A stretch of DNA of 64,000 nucleotides. Origin: Saccostrea cucullata. Its lineage: Eukaryota. The position numbers and the translations under genes were made by a program. The notes beneath the pieces are model-generated. The model saw only the letters and a program-made list of their open reading frames with translations, was not told the origin of the DNA and made no database searches. Below are positions 1 through 13,100 of this stretch, piece after piece; position 1 is the stretch's first letter, and every line of letters begins with the position of its first letter. The stretch lies in NCBI RefSeq assembly GCF_032062105.1, contig NW_026939164.1, positions 62,001 through 126,000 on the forward strand, given 5' to 3'.

Positions 1-1878
1 AATTTTGACAAGAGGTCATCCATCAATTTATATTTTTTAAAGACTTGATATGAAATGTGTATTTTGTTGAATGGACTTTACACATACAAGTACCAATTAG
101 AAGTTAAAATAAATAGGCAACCAAATTCCAATCAAACTTTAAATTTACTTGAAATGTGATCCTTTTGACAGATTGACAGAGGTATTTTGGGTGTGGGTGT
201 CCAATGTTTATTTTATTTTTTAGTGCATACTTTTATTTATTACATGTACCAAAATATAATACATGATTCAATCAGTCAAGTGCCAAGAGGTAATTAGACC
301 AAGTGTTGATGATTTAGGTTGGTTTACACACTAGTCTTTGATGTGTCACTATGATTCAAGATGGATAGAGACATTTGGAAAAGTCCTCTCTCTCTATGAA
401 GTATAAAGGAATTTTGTGGGTTCCCATATTATTAATATGATTAAAGTAGAAAAATGACATAAGCAATTAAAATTTATATCTTAGCCTTGTTTTTTCACAC
501 ATTTGATTACTTTAAAGCACAGGTATCCGGTTGCATTTCCTCAACTGTATAGTTGTTCGCATGGATAGCTAGCTTCTTTTTTTTTAAAATGCCACAATTT
601 TAACTATTTAAAAGGACAGTTTGTGACAAACACAGAACATTGATGGAGTGTTTTGATAGAGAATTAAGATTAGCTGGTGTATGATTTACTTTAATGATCT
701 AGTCTTTTGAATTTTGATGTCGTGTTGGTACCCATGTGTAAAATTTTTAGCGTTGGTTTTTAAAAAGTTTTAATTATCTTCAGTTATGAATGCTACACTG
801 CGATGATCATTTGTTTATGTTTTCATAAGCATTTATGTCTAAAAATGGGAGTTAAAAATTTTGTAGATTTAGTTCTCTCATGACACCCTTCATGCATCAA
901 AATCTTTCCTATTCATCATTGACACCATGATTCTTAATCATTTAAGAAAAAATATAATGACCAGTCAAATTGGCCATGAGTAAGGCCTACGCAAGTAAGT
1001 TTATGTCATATGACTCAATAAATTATATCCTAATTTCGGTGAGAAAATTTGGATTCCAAAAGTCAGCATTAAGAGGGTTAAAAGATTGGAATAATCTGTT
1101 TTTACCTGCTGACTTCATGTGATCTTCTGAGAGTTTCACATACACTATAAAAACATTCAAGGCTCTGAATCTATTAATTTGATTATCATAATTATAAGGA
1201 GTTTATTGGATTAAGATAATCCAGTGGGATTATAAGTTTGTTGGTCATTTTTTTCAGTTTAAAGAAAACGAAGATCAAAGAGTAAATGTTAGAATGACTT
1301 TTAAACTAAGAACAGCATGTACTTCCTTGAACCCCTCCTTATAATAAGCTCAGAGCACTCTCTCTCATTCTTTTGAACCCCCCCCCCCTTTTCTTCATAT
1401 ATATCCCTCATTATTATTATTTTTTTTGGCAGTATGCTTTTTATTTCAATAAGCTTCAAAACATGCAAGAAAGAGCTATTCTAGAATATGCAATATGTGT
1501 ATATATTTTAGCCTAAGTTCAAATAAGTATACAATTGAATACATGCAGTTATGGTCTAGACTACATCTGCTAAACAATTGTGTAATAATTATATCAGTGT
1601 AAATATTAATACAGTCACATTGTTCTCACTGCTTTCTCAGATCTCAAAGTCAGATAATCTTTACAAGGATTAATTTATAATTCACATATATTTATAAAGC
1701 AAGATAACATTTGATATTATCACTGCCTTATCAAGTTTATCAACAAATCAATATTGACCAATAATTTAAGGAGGGCACACTTGTAACAGTCATTCTGAAT
1801 AACAAGGTCATGAACTGCTTTCAGAATCCTCTCCTTTAAATGAAAGGTCATTATTTACAATTTCTTTATTCTATATAA

Positions 1879-2156
1879 GGTCTCCAATGTGGCACAGTGG
1901 TTACAGCATCTGCTCCAAAGGCTTGGAGTAAAAAGTTGATCCTTAAGTCTTGGATTTGAATCCCATTGTGGGATTTGGAAATTAACTGGTCTTTCAGATG
2001 AGACCTTATGAACCAAGATTTAGTGTTACAGTAGGTGCTGGCACAAAAAAGGATTCCTCCCTGCTCAATGGCCATGAGTGCTGAGCATAGGTCTAAATTT
2101 GCAGCTCTCCACCGGCAAGTGGTGGCACCTTGAGAGGGATATAAAACAACAAACAA
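1879..2156 (+). mobile_element. tRNA-derived SINE, near full length, CpG-decayed
   Basis: A-box TGGCACAGTGG, B-box-like GGATTTGAATCCC; 3' half aligns by eye to the SINE at 20861-21009; ends in an (AAAC)-type tail. Confidence 0.75.
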
Positions 2157-5100
2157 GGGAGATACTTATTATTTCTAAAAATTAAGGCATATTGTTTCAA
2201 ATAGTATAAGTAATATTGTCACTTAATCTTTTGAACTTCCATTCAATGTTGATTATACATGTAGTCACTCAAATATTGAAGATAGATCAATGGAACATTT
2301 GGAAAGGGATGGGGCATAGTTGTTCTAGTCAAGAAGATAAATTTAAATGCACTGTAAACACCTGATTTAACAAACATGAAAGTGTGTAATGAGACAGTAA
2401 AACTGATTTAATTAACTACATAGTGTCCACAGAGGGAAATGAAAGATTTACCTTGATCTAGTTTATAGGACAGTAAATTTACATACAATAACAGAATGTT
2501 AAACGTCTTCAGAAGGAAGGGGCTGTTGAAAACTCAAGATCTGTGGTATATTAACAATGAATGATAACACAATACCTACATAGCTATTAATAGCTTAAAG
2601 CTATTTTTATACTTTTTATAATTTCTGTATTTTGCGGCACAAAGACCAAAGGAAAGTGCTGTCACACTAATGATGAATAACTCAGAAAATGATTACTTCT
2701 GTGGCAATTTTATTGCAAAATTGATAATATAGTAATCACTTTTTGGCCAAATTTTTGTCATATACATCATCAGTGTAACTGTAAGAATTTTGTGCTCACC
2801 ACATTTGGCCACAAAATGAACTAAAGCAGAAAGTAGGTAAAGTTGATGATTATTAATAGCTATGTTGATTTTGACTAATGTAAAAAATGTTATTGATTTT
2901 AAAAAATTTGGCATTGACAATTATTACTGGTCATGTTAGCAATATATTTATACATAGTTGCATGCACTTCTTTATTTTAAATATTGATATCTAGAATACT
3001 CAAGATATGTTGAAATGTGTTGGCAGTTTAAATCACTTTTGGTTTGGCTTTTTACCCTTGTTAATTGGAATCCTCAGATATCTCAGTGTGTAATCTAATG
3101 TTTCTGTCTTGTTTGAGATACATGTAGTGAGATTTGTCTGTAAAATTTCATAGTGTACTGATTACTTGATGCTAGTACATGTATAGTGAGATTTGACTGT
3201 AAAATTTCTAAATAATCAAAAGTCCTACAGTTTTGGTCTGATTTCAATATAACTTGGCATATGACTACACAAAGATATGTAATTCTTTTTATCAGATTTT
3301 GATTTCAAGGACGGTGTTTGTACCAAAATAGAAATTTCTGTAAATTATAATTCATATTTCATTTTTAATGTCGTTTTTTGATTACGGTGAACTGTGTTGG
3401 CGTGGTTACTAAAAATAGAAATTTCTGTGAAATACTTTCAAAATGCTACTCTTAATACAGTTTTATTCTGATTATAAATTTATAATATAATATGGCATGG
3501 TTATAAGCATAAAGAGACTTAATCAAGAAAAATTGTATAAGTATATTTTTATATATGAACACAATATTCCAGAAAGCCTGTAGAAATTTTGATATTGGAG
3601 TTATTTGAGTTGTTAAAGAATAGTAACACCCCATGCTTACCAACAAACAAAGACTGGCCTTTGATCAAACATGATAAGCACAGTATATTTTTTTATTTGT
3701 CTGTCATGGACAGAACTGGTTGATATAATTCTGCATTCTTCCCTCTCTGTGAGCATGTTTATAGAGGTTTATTCATCCTTAGAGTGTATTGTCCGTTTCT
3801 GACAGGGATCATAGATATATCCTTTGTATTTGTGTTTTGGTGTATTATCTTAAGAATTAGCAATCCCTCTAAATATTTGAGGCATCAAGTCATTCTAGAA
3901 TAATTCAGATTCATTCATTTTAGCTAGTACTCATATAAGAATAATGGAAGGCCAGGGAAATATTCAACACAGCTTATGTGCACAGTACAAAGATGTACAT
4001 TAATTTGACAAGCAATATGTAAAGGCCCATTCTGTATTCTGGTTATAATTTACTTCAAACAGTATTTTTATATCAGGTGTTCTGCTTGAAGCAGGCCACA
4101 TTTTGTTCATTTTCAATGTTTTGTCAGCTTGAGGAAACGTTACAGTGAAGATTAAAGGCTTATGACACACATATGTAAAAGAATACAAAGATCAAGAATT
4201 TCTAAAGAAAAGTAGTTGACTTTTAAAGTTTTAAAAAGGCAACATAAGAAGGGTATTATTAGAATTATATAGATGAAGTTTTTATCTTGGCCATTTGAAG
4301 TTTTGAACATCTTTCTTGGTTTATTGAGCTTCACTTAAAATGACTGAAGGCAAAAACTAGGAGTCTCTGGTTTTAAGTCATGTGAAGTTCTTAAGAAATG
4401 GGATTTGTAATTGATGTGCTGTTTTGAGTAGATTAAAATTTTAAAGTCTTTTAAAAATCTTAAACATAATGCAGCCAATTATGCTAAATTTTAGTCATTC
4501 GTAAGTTAACATGTATGGCTTTAATTCATTTATTGTAGACGTGAATCACAAAGAAATCTGTTCATAAGTAATATAATTTGTGGTTTATGATTCAACTGAC
4601 CCCAATCTGTAAATAAAGTACACGTACAAGATCCATAAATATACTTGTAACTGCTTTTCTTTTATATGAGTCTTCGCAGGTTTAAATTCATTACCATTCC
4701 ATTAGTACTGCTTGCTGTGTCAGTGGTTGCAGACTGCAGTAGATGTTGTGAGGTCTGAGAAACTGACACATTATTGAAATTCTGAAATATGACAAGACAT
4801 ATATTTGTAATTTTATGTAGACTGGCTGTATTTAATTTATGCAATAAATTTCTTACATTATATACCAAAGAAACACATATGTACAATGTTTGACCTTTAG
4901 CAGTTTCATACTTTTTGATATGCAGTTACAGACGTGCTTCTCCATGCTTGCAAAGAGAACACACCCAATTTGCCTTTCTGTGTTAAATGTATTTGAATTG
5001 TGGTTGATGCCTGTGTAAATAAGGTTCAAAAAAGGCACTTCCTAAATTTTTCTGAAAAGTTTATCAGAATACTTGGGCCTTGATCTTTAAAGAACAAGAA

Positions 5101-7017
5101 AATAGCGTGCTAGAAAGTTAAGAAAAAAACTTTCATGTTTAAGCCTTAAATTATATTGTGTTACCTGGGACTGTCAAATTTGATAAACAACCCATAACGG
5201 AAGGGATTGAATTACAAGTATTCTTAATTCAAATCATAACAGTGGGGGATATGACTTTTCATGCACTGTCACACAAAAAACCCAAAGGACTTTCCTAATA
5301 CGGCAACCATTAATTTACTCCATACTGAAGAAACCTTTTAAATTTATTTCTGATCAAGCATTTAATTGACAAATCCTTTTACATCAGAAAAATTATGCAT
5401 CGAGAGACTTTTTTTTGTGTGCAACGTAAATAGGTTTTATATCATGAAAAAACTACCATTGTTCCTTTATCCAGCCAAACACAGAATTTTTTCAATTCTT
5501 GTGTCATTGAATTTCCTCTTATTGCAAACACCATGCAGATAAAATGTAATTGTGAAAGCTGAAAACCATTTATCCCCCTCTTGAAAATGCTTGTTATGTC
5601 AACAGATTTCAACGTTTAGATTGAAGAGAACTTTTAAATAAATTTGGAATTGATGATCCATTTAGATTAGGGTATTATAAAAAGAAATGTATGGATACAA
5701 GGATATGATGAAAAATGAATGGCCGATTACTGCCCTGTTGTTCAGTTTCCTAAAGTCAGTGGAAGATACTCTTTACATCTCAAAACACTGTGATCCCTTC
5801 ATGTACGTTAAAGAGATTTTCATTGCTTTTCAAAAGTTTTTACTTAAAAACATGCACACTGACTGTAGGACATCGTTAGGGTAATATTTGACTTCCAGCA
5901 ATTTAAGAAATTTAAAATTATGATTTTAAATGACTTATATTCTTATATTTCATTGCTGGTTACAAGAATATATAAAGATTGAATTTGATTGTCTCTCCTA
6001 TACTCAGAATATTCCAGAATCTTTGATTTATCATTGTGCTTTTATCTAGTACAAACTTGTTAACAATTTGACTCCAGTAAGAAGTTTTTGTAGTTGCTTG
6101 TGTAAAGAGTAGTGTTGTATGTACAAGATCATGTTTTTGGTTAAATAAATGGAAGATGATGAAACATGGTATTTTCAATAGTTTTACCAATATTTTAGAA
6201 TCAAAATCAGGTAAATGTTTACTGACACTGTGTACGTAAGCTAGCAATCAGTTGAGAGAGTTGCAACCAATACATTGATTATTTTGTAACAACTTGACAT
6301 TCCTAACATTCCTTGAATGCTTTAAAATACAAGATTAAATTATTGGATTGAAAGTCACAAGTATTTCATAGTTCAGCAGGCTTTAATGTTCTTTTAAATT
6401 TAAGCCTACACAAATGATATCTCTAAAAAAGATATTGAATGGAAATGTTTTAGATGAATATCTATGAGATCATCTTCAGTCAGAATATCAATCTGTTTCA
6501 GTTAAATTGTTTGTCTGTTCTTTATTTGTATGAAAGAAATCAAATTTTCAGATAAATTAAATTATAGACTGTATTCTATTAAACAGACTTAAATTCCTAA
6601 CCTACAATATAGCAATCTGCAGGTTAAAAAAGGGCATTAATATAAAAACAGAAAAATATTGATGAAGTATATTTTTTAACTAATTCTATGAGTCAAAGAA
6701 AAGGGGGCCATATATAGGGGTTTGAAATATGTAATGATTATGAGACTGAAGTCAAGAAACTTCCTTCCTTATATGTTTTACTAATGAGCTGCATTGCAGG
6801 AGAACTTAATTTTATATTTAGAAATCATATGTGTAATTTTAGTATAGCTGACCACTGCCTGTTATTAAAGTTTGAGATGATAACACATCACACATTTTTA
6901 AATTCTTAATTGGGACTGGATTCATATGAAAAGTTTTGAAATTTTGTTGACTGTCATTCTTTAACAATGCACAAGATCTTTAGGCAATCAGTGCTTGATG
7001 TGTTTATAATTTTACAG

Positions 7018-7109
7018 GGGCTGCAGAAGGAGGAAAGAGTACCCTGGTGAAACAGATGAAGATCATCCACAACGATGGCTTCTCATTCGATGAGCTGCGG
7101 TCATTTAAG
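7018..7109 (+). CDS. gnav1: Galpha-v exon 2 (P-loop)
   Basis: tttacag|GG GCT GCA GAA GGA GGA AAG AGT ACC = (G)[30 protein letters not shown]|gtaaag. Confidence 0.92.
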
Positions 7110-10100
7110 GTAAAGATTGAGCAAAGTTGTTCATTCTAAACACAGTACAATTGTGGTACTCTGTAAAGGTGAGCAATAAAGCAAACAGCCCTCTCCAGAA
7201 ATGAAATAGGACCTCTAGATTGATTTCACATGTAACTTGTCAGTGAGGCTTGTAGAATACTCTGTCCTCTCGACTTCTCCATAAGGAGGACCTATCAGCT
7301 AGGGTCTCATTAGAAGGCAATAAACCCTTTGTGTCGAACACTAAATACCTTGTTAGTGGGGGATGGACAAACAAAGCATCTACATTATGTGGGCACACTT
7401 CTGATTTCACCTGAACATGTTAACATCTATGTAAAGTGCAAGATTTATGTCCCCTTAAAAGGAAGTGGTACAGTTCTCCTTAATAGAGGTCTCCATGTTA
7501 AAAAAGTCATAAATCAATGTTATGCTAGCCACTGACCAGAGAAGGTATTTTTTTGGGCATGTGATATGGAAATTTGTTGTAATAGTGGACAGATTATGGA
7601 TGTATGATATACCTGGTCAGTTAAGGTGTCCTATAGTGGCAAAAATAGAGAGTGATCTCATTCATCAGAGATGACCCTTGAATGATTGACATTTAGAGGA
7701 CATGTATTAATTCAGGTCTCAAATAATTCTCATCTAAGAAGTATAAAATATTTTCAAAAAAAAAAATTAGTGCTTTAGTAAGGAATTATAAACGATTGAA
7801 CACCTACGTAGACATTACAGTAGAATCAGGGATCTCATGAAAGGTTTGATTAAATGATGTGCAATCTCCACAGAACTACAAAACATCAACATTTTTATGT
7901 GAAGTAGAAATTTAAAATGGCATGTAAACATTCCCTAGACCATTAGGTCTATACAGTAGCAGTAGGCACCTGCTAACAAGTGCACATAGGTCTCTAACAT
8001 AATCATTGCCAAATGGTGCTGCAATATTATTACATTTATATAATAAGTCCACCTTCTAATTACCCCTGTATGCTTTCAGGAACCTCGTCAAAATATTTAA
8101 AGAAAGGTACAGAATGATCTTTAAAAAATAAGGTATATTTGAGGAGTCATAAATGATTTGGACCGCTTCAAACTTCACCGATAAAAAATGTTTAAGGAAG
8201 TATTTGTCAGGAAAGTAAAATGGCTGCTAAATGCATTTAAATATTGATTGGTAGATACTCAGGTAAACAGGCAAGAAAATACTCCTTGATATTTTGCTTG
8301 TTTTTCCCACATAAAAAATAGGATTTTATGTTACTTCAAAGTGCATGATTAAAAAGGGGGAGGGGCTTTCAACAATTTCTTCATATTTGACTTTGGACAA
8401 TTCCTGCAATCATGTTCTTTTTATTAGGATATATAATGGCCACATTATAATGTTTTTATTTTTTTTTTCAAATAAGTTTAATAGAATTACTAAATTTGCT
8501 GGTGATAATTGTTGAAGTGAATATATACACATATTTGGCTGTATGAGGATAAGACTATCTGAGTTTCAGAATGTGTTTCTAATCCTTTTGACTTTTTGTC
8601 AATAGTGTTCAATTTAAAGATTTTTTTTTTTACTTTATTTTAATATAAAAATAATATCAATACAATTCTCAAATATCCAGGGAAAAGTTAAATGTCAATA
8701 ATTTTCCCGATTCATTGAATTGAAAAATAGATACCATTCATCAAATATTTATCATTCATATACAATGTATTATAGAATGGCTATGAACGGTCTTAAACTT
8801 GGGGGCAGACTGACACTATCCCAAATAAAATAACTCATAAACGATCTTCTCAACAAAATGGCCATCAGTGAAAAAGATGAAAAATGCGATTAGGACAGTA
8901 TCAAAACATCCCCCCAGGGCCCACACAACAATGTTGGGACTTAACAGATACACAATGGTCTTTCATGTCTATTCGGCTACAGTATTTTGCCCATATTACA
9001 AAAGGTTCACATGGTGTCAGGATCAAATTTATTGCTGGATTACACGCTATTTTGATAATGACACTCAATGATGAGAGAGGTGTCCAGCAATGATTAGAAT
9101 ATCATTGTTATTGTCAAGGCCTGAATTCCAACAGAATTTTATAAATATATAATGTAGTGGAAGGTTTTTTTTCTTTAATAGACAAAGTTGCAAGTTGTAC
9201 CTATAGCTTCTTGATATGTCTTTATATCTTTTTGAATTTTCGAAAATCAAATTTGCAGTAATGTGATTTAAATTATTAATTAAAAAATATTCAAAAACTC
9301 TTGAAGTCTTTGGAAGAAGTACATGTATTTTAAATATTTACTGAGCCAACGTACATCAATAAAATCAATTCATTTTATTATAATTGGCTGCAACGTCATT
9401 GATTTCCAGATTACATCTATAGAGTTATGAGAAATTGATTTCTTAATTTTTTTCCAGCATCATTAGTGCAATTAGTAAATGTACTTTATGAGGAAATATG
9501 ATTTCTGTTGTTCCATCAAAAAACCTTTCAGACATTGATTTTATCAAATATTTTATATGCATTCCAGTTTTTTATGGGGGAAATTCAGGGTTTGTTTACA
9601 ACACATTTAAAGCTCTGCGATTCTCTTCCATTTTTCCGAGAATATAATCTGAAAAAAAAGTTAAACAGATCGAACTAGTACATGTACTTCAAGAAAAAGG
9701 GAAATTAATGGACTTTATTAAGAATAAAAATGTTTCTTCCATAACTTTTGTTCATTTGAAAAGAAAAAGTGAAGCATAGATAATATTTCAGTAGAATATT
9801 GAGAGAAAAACTTTAAAATAAATATTATTTTTGTAAAACATATTTTAATGTCCAAGAGAGCTAGGACACAGATATATTTAAGCTTTTAGTAGGTGCAGTA
9901 TTATGTAAACTTTGAGTATAAATACATCAAATATAATTGTAAATGCCTACACAGAATTTTGAAAGAAACATCAATCGTTCTATTTTGCTGATCACAGCTG
10001 TTATACACACAATTATTTCTTTCAGAACTATGATTTAGGTTTTTATTGTCTAAGAATTGATCTTTTGAAACCAGTGGCTCTCAGTAAATTTTATGTATAG

Positions 10101-13100
10101 GTAACTTTGGTACATTAGAGGCAATAAGAGCCTTGTTTACAGTGTAATTTGATGCTTTTGTTGATGTAACCTAAATTGAAAGAAGTTATTGAAGAAGATT
10201 GATATAAGCACAGATGTTGTGTGTTTTAATTAATTTGTTACCTTATATACATGTAGGTATTGCATTTATCTCAGGCGTGGCTAAATAGTTATTTTGTTCA
10301 GGTGTGAGTTTTGATGGTGCTCGCCTCTGCCAACTGCAAGTCAAGATCGATGCTCTCAGTTGTTCCAAAAAAAACTCCTTTTGATTTAGGAAGAGATTTT
10401 CTTCTTCTTTCTTTTTTTTTTAATAATTTGCATATTTCAAAAACAGTAGTTAGAAAATATGAGTACTTATTTATGAGCTGCTTAAAGCCTTCCCAGTATT
10501 AAACCATCTGCATCTTGCAGGAGTTAGATTTTGTTGATGCCCATTACAATACGTGTCAACTAATTTTCAGGTTGTTAGCCTAGATCTTTTGATATTTCAG
10601 ATGTAGATCTTAAAATATATCAGGTGACATTTGAAAAGTTTTTGTTTACAATTTATAGAATTTCAGCCAACCTGAAATAAAATCTTGTGCATTTTCAAAA
10701 AAAAAAACTCGACGACTTGATCCGGTATATTGGTATATTCGACAAACAATACTTTTGAATAGTAGTTGGTTTACAGAAATATGATATTATATAAAAAAGA
10801 ACATAATGAATTCAGCCAAATTATATGTTAAATTTTCTTCTTTCTTAAATTACAGCCAGCAGTCCTTGACAATTTGTTGGGCTCTATGAAGTATGTTCTC
10901 ACTGGAATGGGACTGCTTCGTATTAACCTGGAAAATCCAAAGAACAGGGTAAATAAGATTAGATATTAAAAGAAATCATGTCACATTATGATGCTTTCAT
11001 TCAGAGCTTTGAAAATAAAATTGACCATTTTAATTATATTTGACTTAACGTAATTGGTACACTACGTATATAGTCAGAAAGTCTCATAAGAAATGCAATG
11101 AACAACTTGAAGAAAATAATTTGTCCTATATAAAAAAAAAAGTAACAAGAATAGCCTGTTCTTGATGAGTAATTTGTACTCTTGATTTTATTTTGAATTT
11201 TCAGCACCATGCTCAGGTGATTTTAACTTGTACGTGTTGCTTTGACAAACGACATGACATGATTCCACAGGTGTATACAGCTCTCCGGGCCTTATGGCAG
11301 GACCGAGGGGTGAGGAACGCAGTGTCAAGGGGATATGAGTACGAACTCAATGATTCAGCTATTTAGTAAGTCTGGGTTTTTCATCCTCATTTTGATGAGT
11401 TTTGACTTTTTATATCTCTTGGTTATAGATACACTTTCTTCAATATTGTGAATCCAATTTTTGTTCCCTGCTTTACTAAAAAATTTTTTTTTTTCATTTT
11501 ATTCGATGTGTGACAAATTTTAGTAATTTAAATCTTTACATATGTAATAAAAACACTCTTTTTATTTTCTTTTTTTTTTTTTTTTTTACAGAATTAAGTA
11601 AAACTGTTTTTATATATATTGATAAAACAAATTCCCAGTACCATTAAGTACTATAGTGTTCATTTAAGTGAAATAAATTTCTCCCAATCCTGAATGATAC
11701 ATTTTTTTTTAAACCATCTGGAGTTGAGATCAGCAATGAAATTAATAACCACGTCATTATAGCTTTGTCCCCAGGCTTGTACCATTTGAGAATTTGATAA
11801 ATGCCAGGTTCCTACCTCCAACAGTCCATGGTTTTCTTTATGCCATCAGCAAGATGCAAAGTTTTTAGCATATTTAGCTTAGCTACATTTTCTTTATGAC
11901 ATCAGCCCATTTATTTTTATATAGGGAATGACAAAGAAAAAAATTATTCAACAATTTTGCAAATAAGTTGGTTCAATTTGTGATCCTTTCAACAAAATTT
12001 TTGTATGTTTGCTTGTTTGTTTTTAAGTAGGTCTATTGAATAGGTAATAAAAAGAGATAGAATTTCAAACAGAAATCATATGGCAAGGGTACCATATATG
12101 AATTTCAAACTGAAGTTTTTCATAATGTACCTGCATATATTATCCTAAAGTTATGCAAAGACATCAAAAGGCCAGATGTTATATAATTGATTTACCTGAA
12201 AGAAAATTCAAACCATCTTAGGAATCTGACATGACTTTGCATTTTTTGAATTGCTTCATCTGCATTTTTGTATTCTTAAAAATTTCACCTGCCTTATCTG
12301 TACAAATTTTAGTTGATAATAGTTGAAAGTTGTATTTTGATCAGAAAGTGATGGAAGCAAAAACCTTTGACATTCTCCTAATAAGATAAAAAAAAAACCT
12401 AAAAACAAAACTAAATTGTTGTAAACTATAAGTATAGGTAACTATCACCATTTATTAACATCCAAAACATTGTTTCTTTAAAATTCAAGCCAAGACTGTT
12501 GAGAAAACATTCTTAAGCATACCTTTGTTCCTTTGTTTTTTCAGTTACTTTGAAAATATGGACAGGATATGTAAGCCAGAATTTGTGCCAAACTCTAAAG
12601 ATGTGCTGAGGGTCAGGGTCAGGACTACGGGGGTCCTAGAGACCTGCTTCAAGATCGAGAACGTCGTCATCAGGTAACACCACCCCCACCCCCCAAAAAA
12701 ACAAACAAACAAACAAAACAAAAAAAAATATTGAAGATGAAATTTTGTCAAATCAGTTTTTTATGTGGGAAAAAAAATTTCATAAGAGTGATGCACTATT
12801 TAAAAGAATAACATTTTTGTTATAGGATGTTTGATGTTGGGGGTCAAAGGTCAGAGAGAAAGAAGTGGATCTCGTGTTTTGACTGTGTCAAGGCCGTTCT
12901 TTTCGTGGTGGCGCTTAGTGCTTATGACATGTGCTTATATGAAGACCCTGATGTGGTACGACAATATTAAATTATTACCTTGATTAAATTTTGATGTAAA
13001 TACAAATATACAGTGTGCTGGAATTTATTCTTGAATTTAATTTGAAATTTAAAGACACCAGACAAGTTTTGTTTTTTCTGCCTTAAAATTTACAGTGCTG

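Noticed and set aside
1866-2156. 96-aa minus-strand ORF
   Set aside because: Antisense of a SINE.
3119-3435. Short direct repeats of about 30 bp resembling repeat-spacer units
   Set aside because: Only two copies each in eukaryotic intronic DNA; local duplications, not CRISPR.
1-7017. Galpha-v exon 1
   Set aside because: No MG...KILLL(G)|gt exon found; it probably lies upstream of the window.
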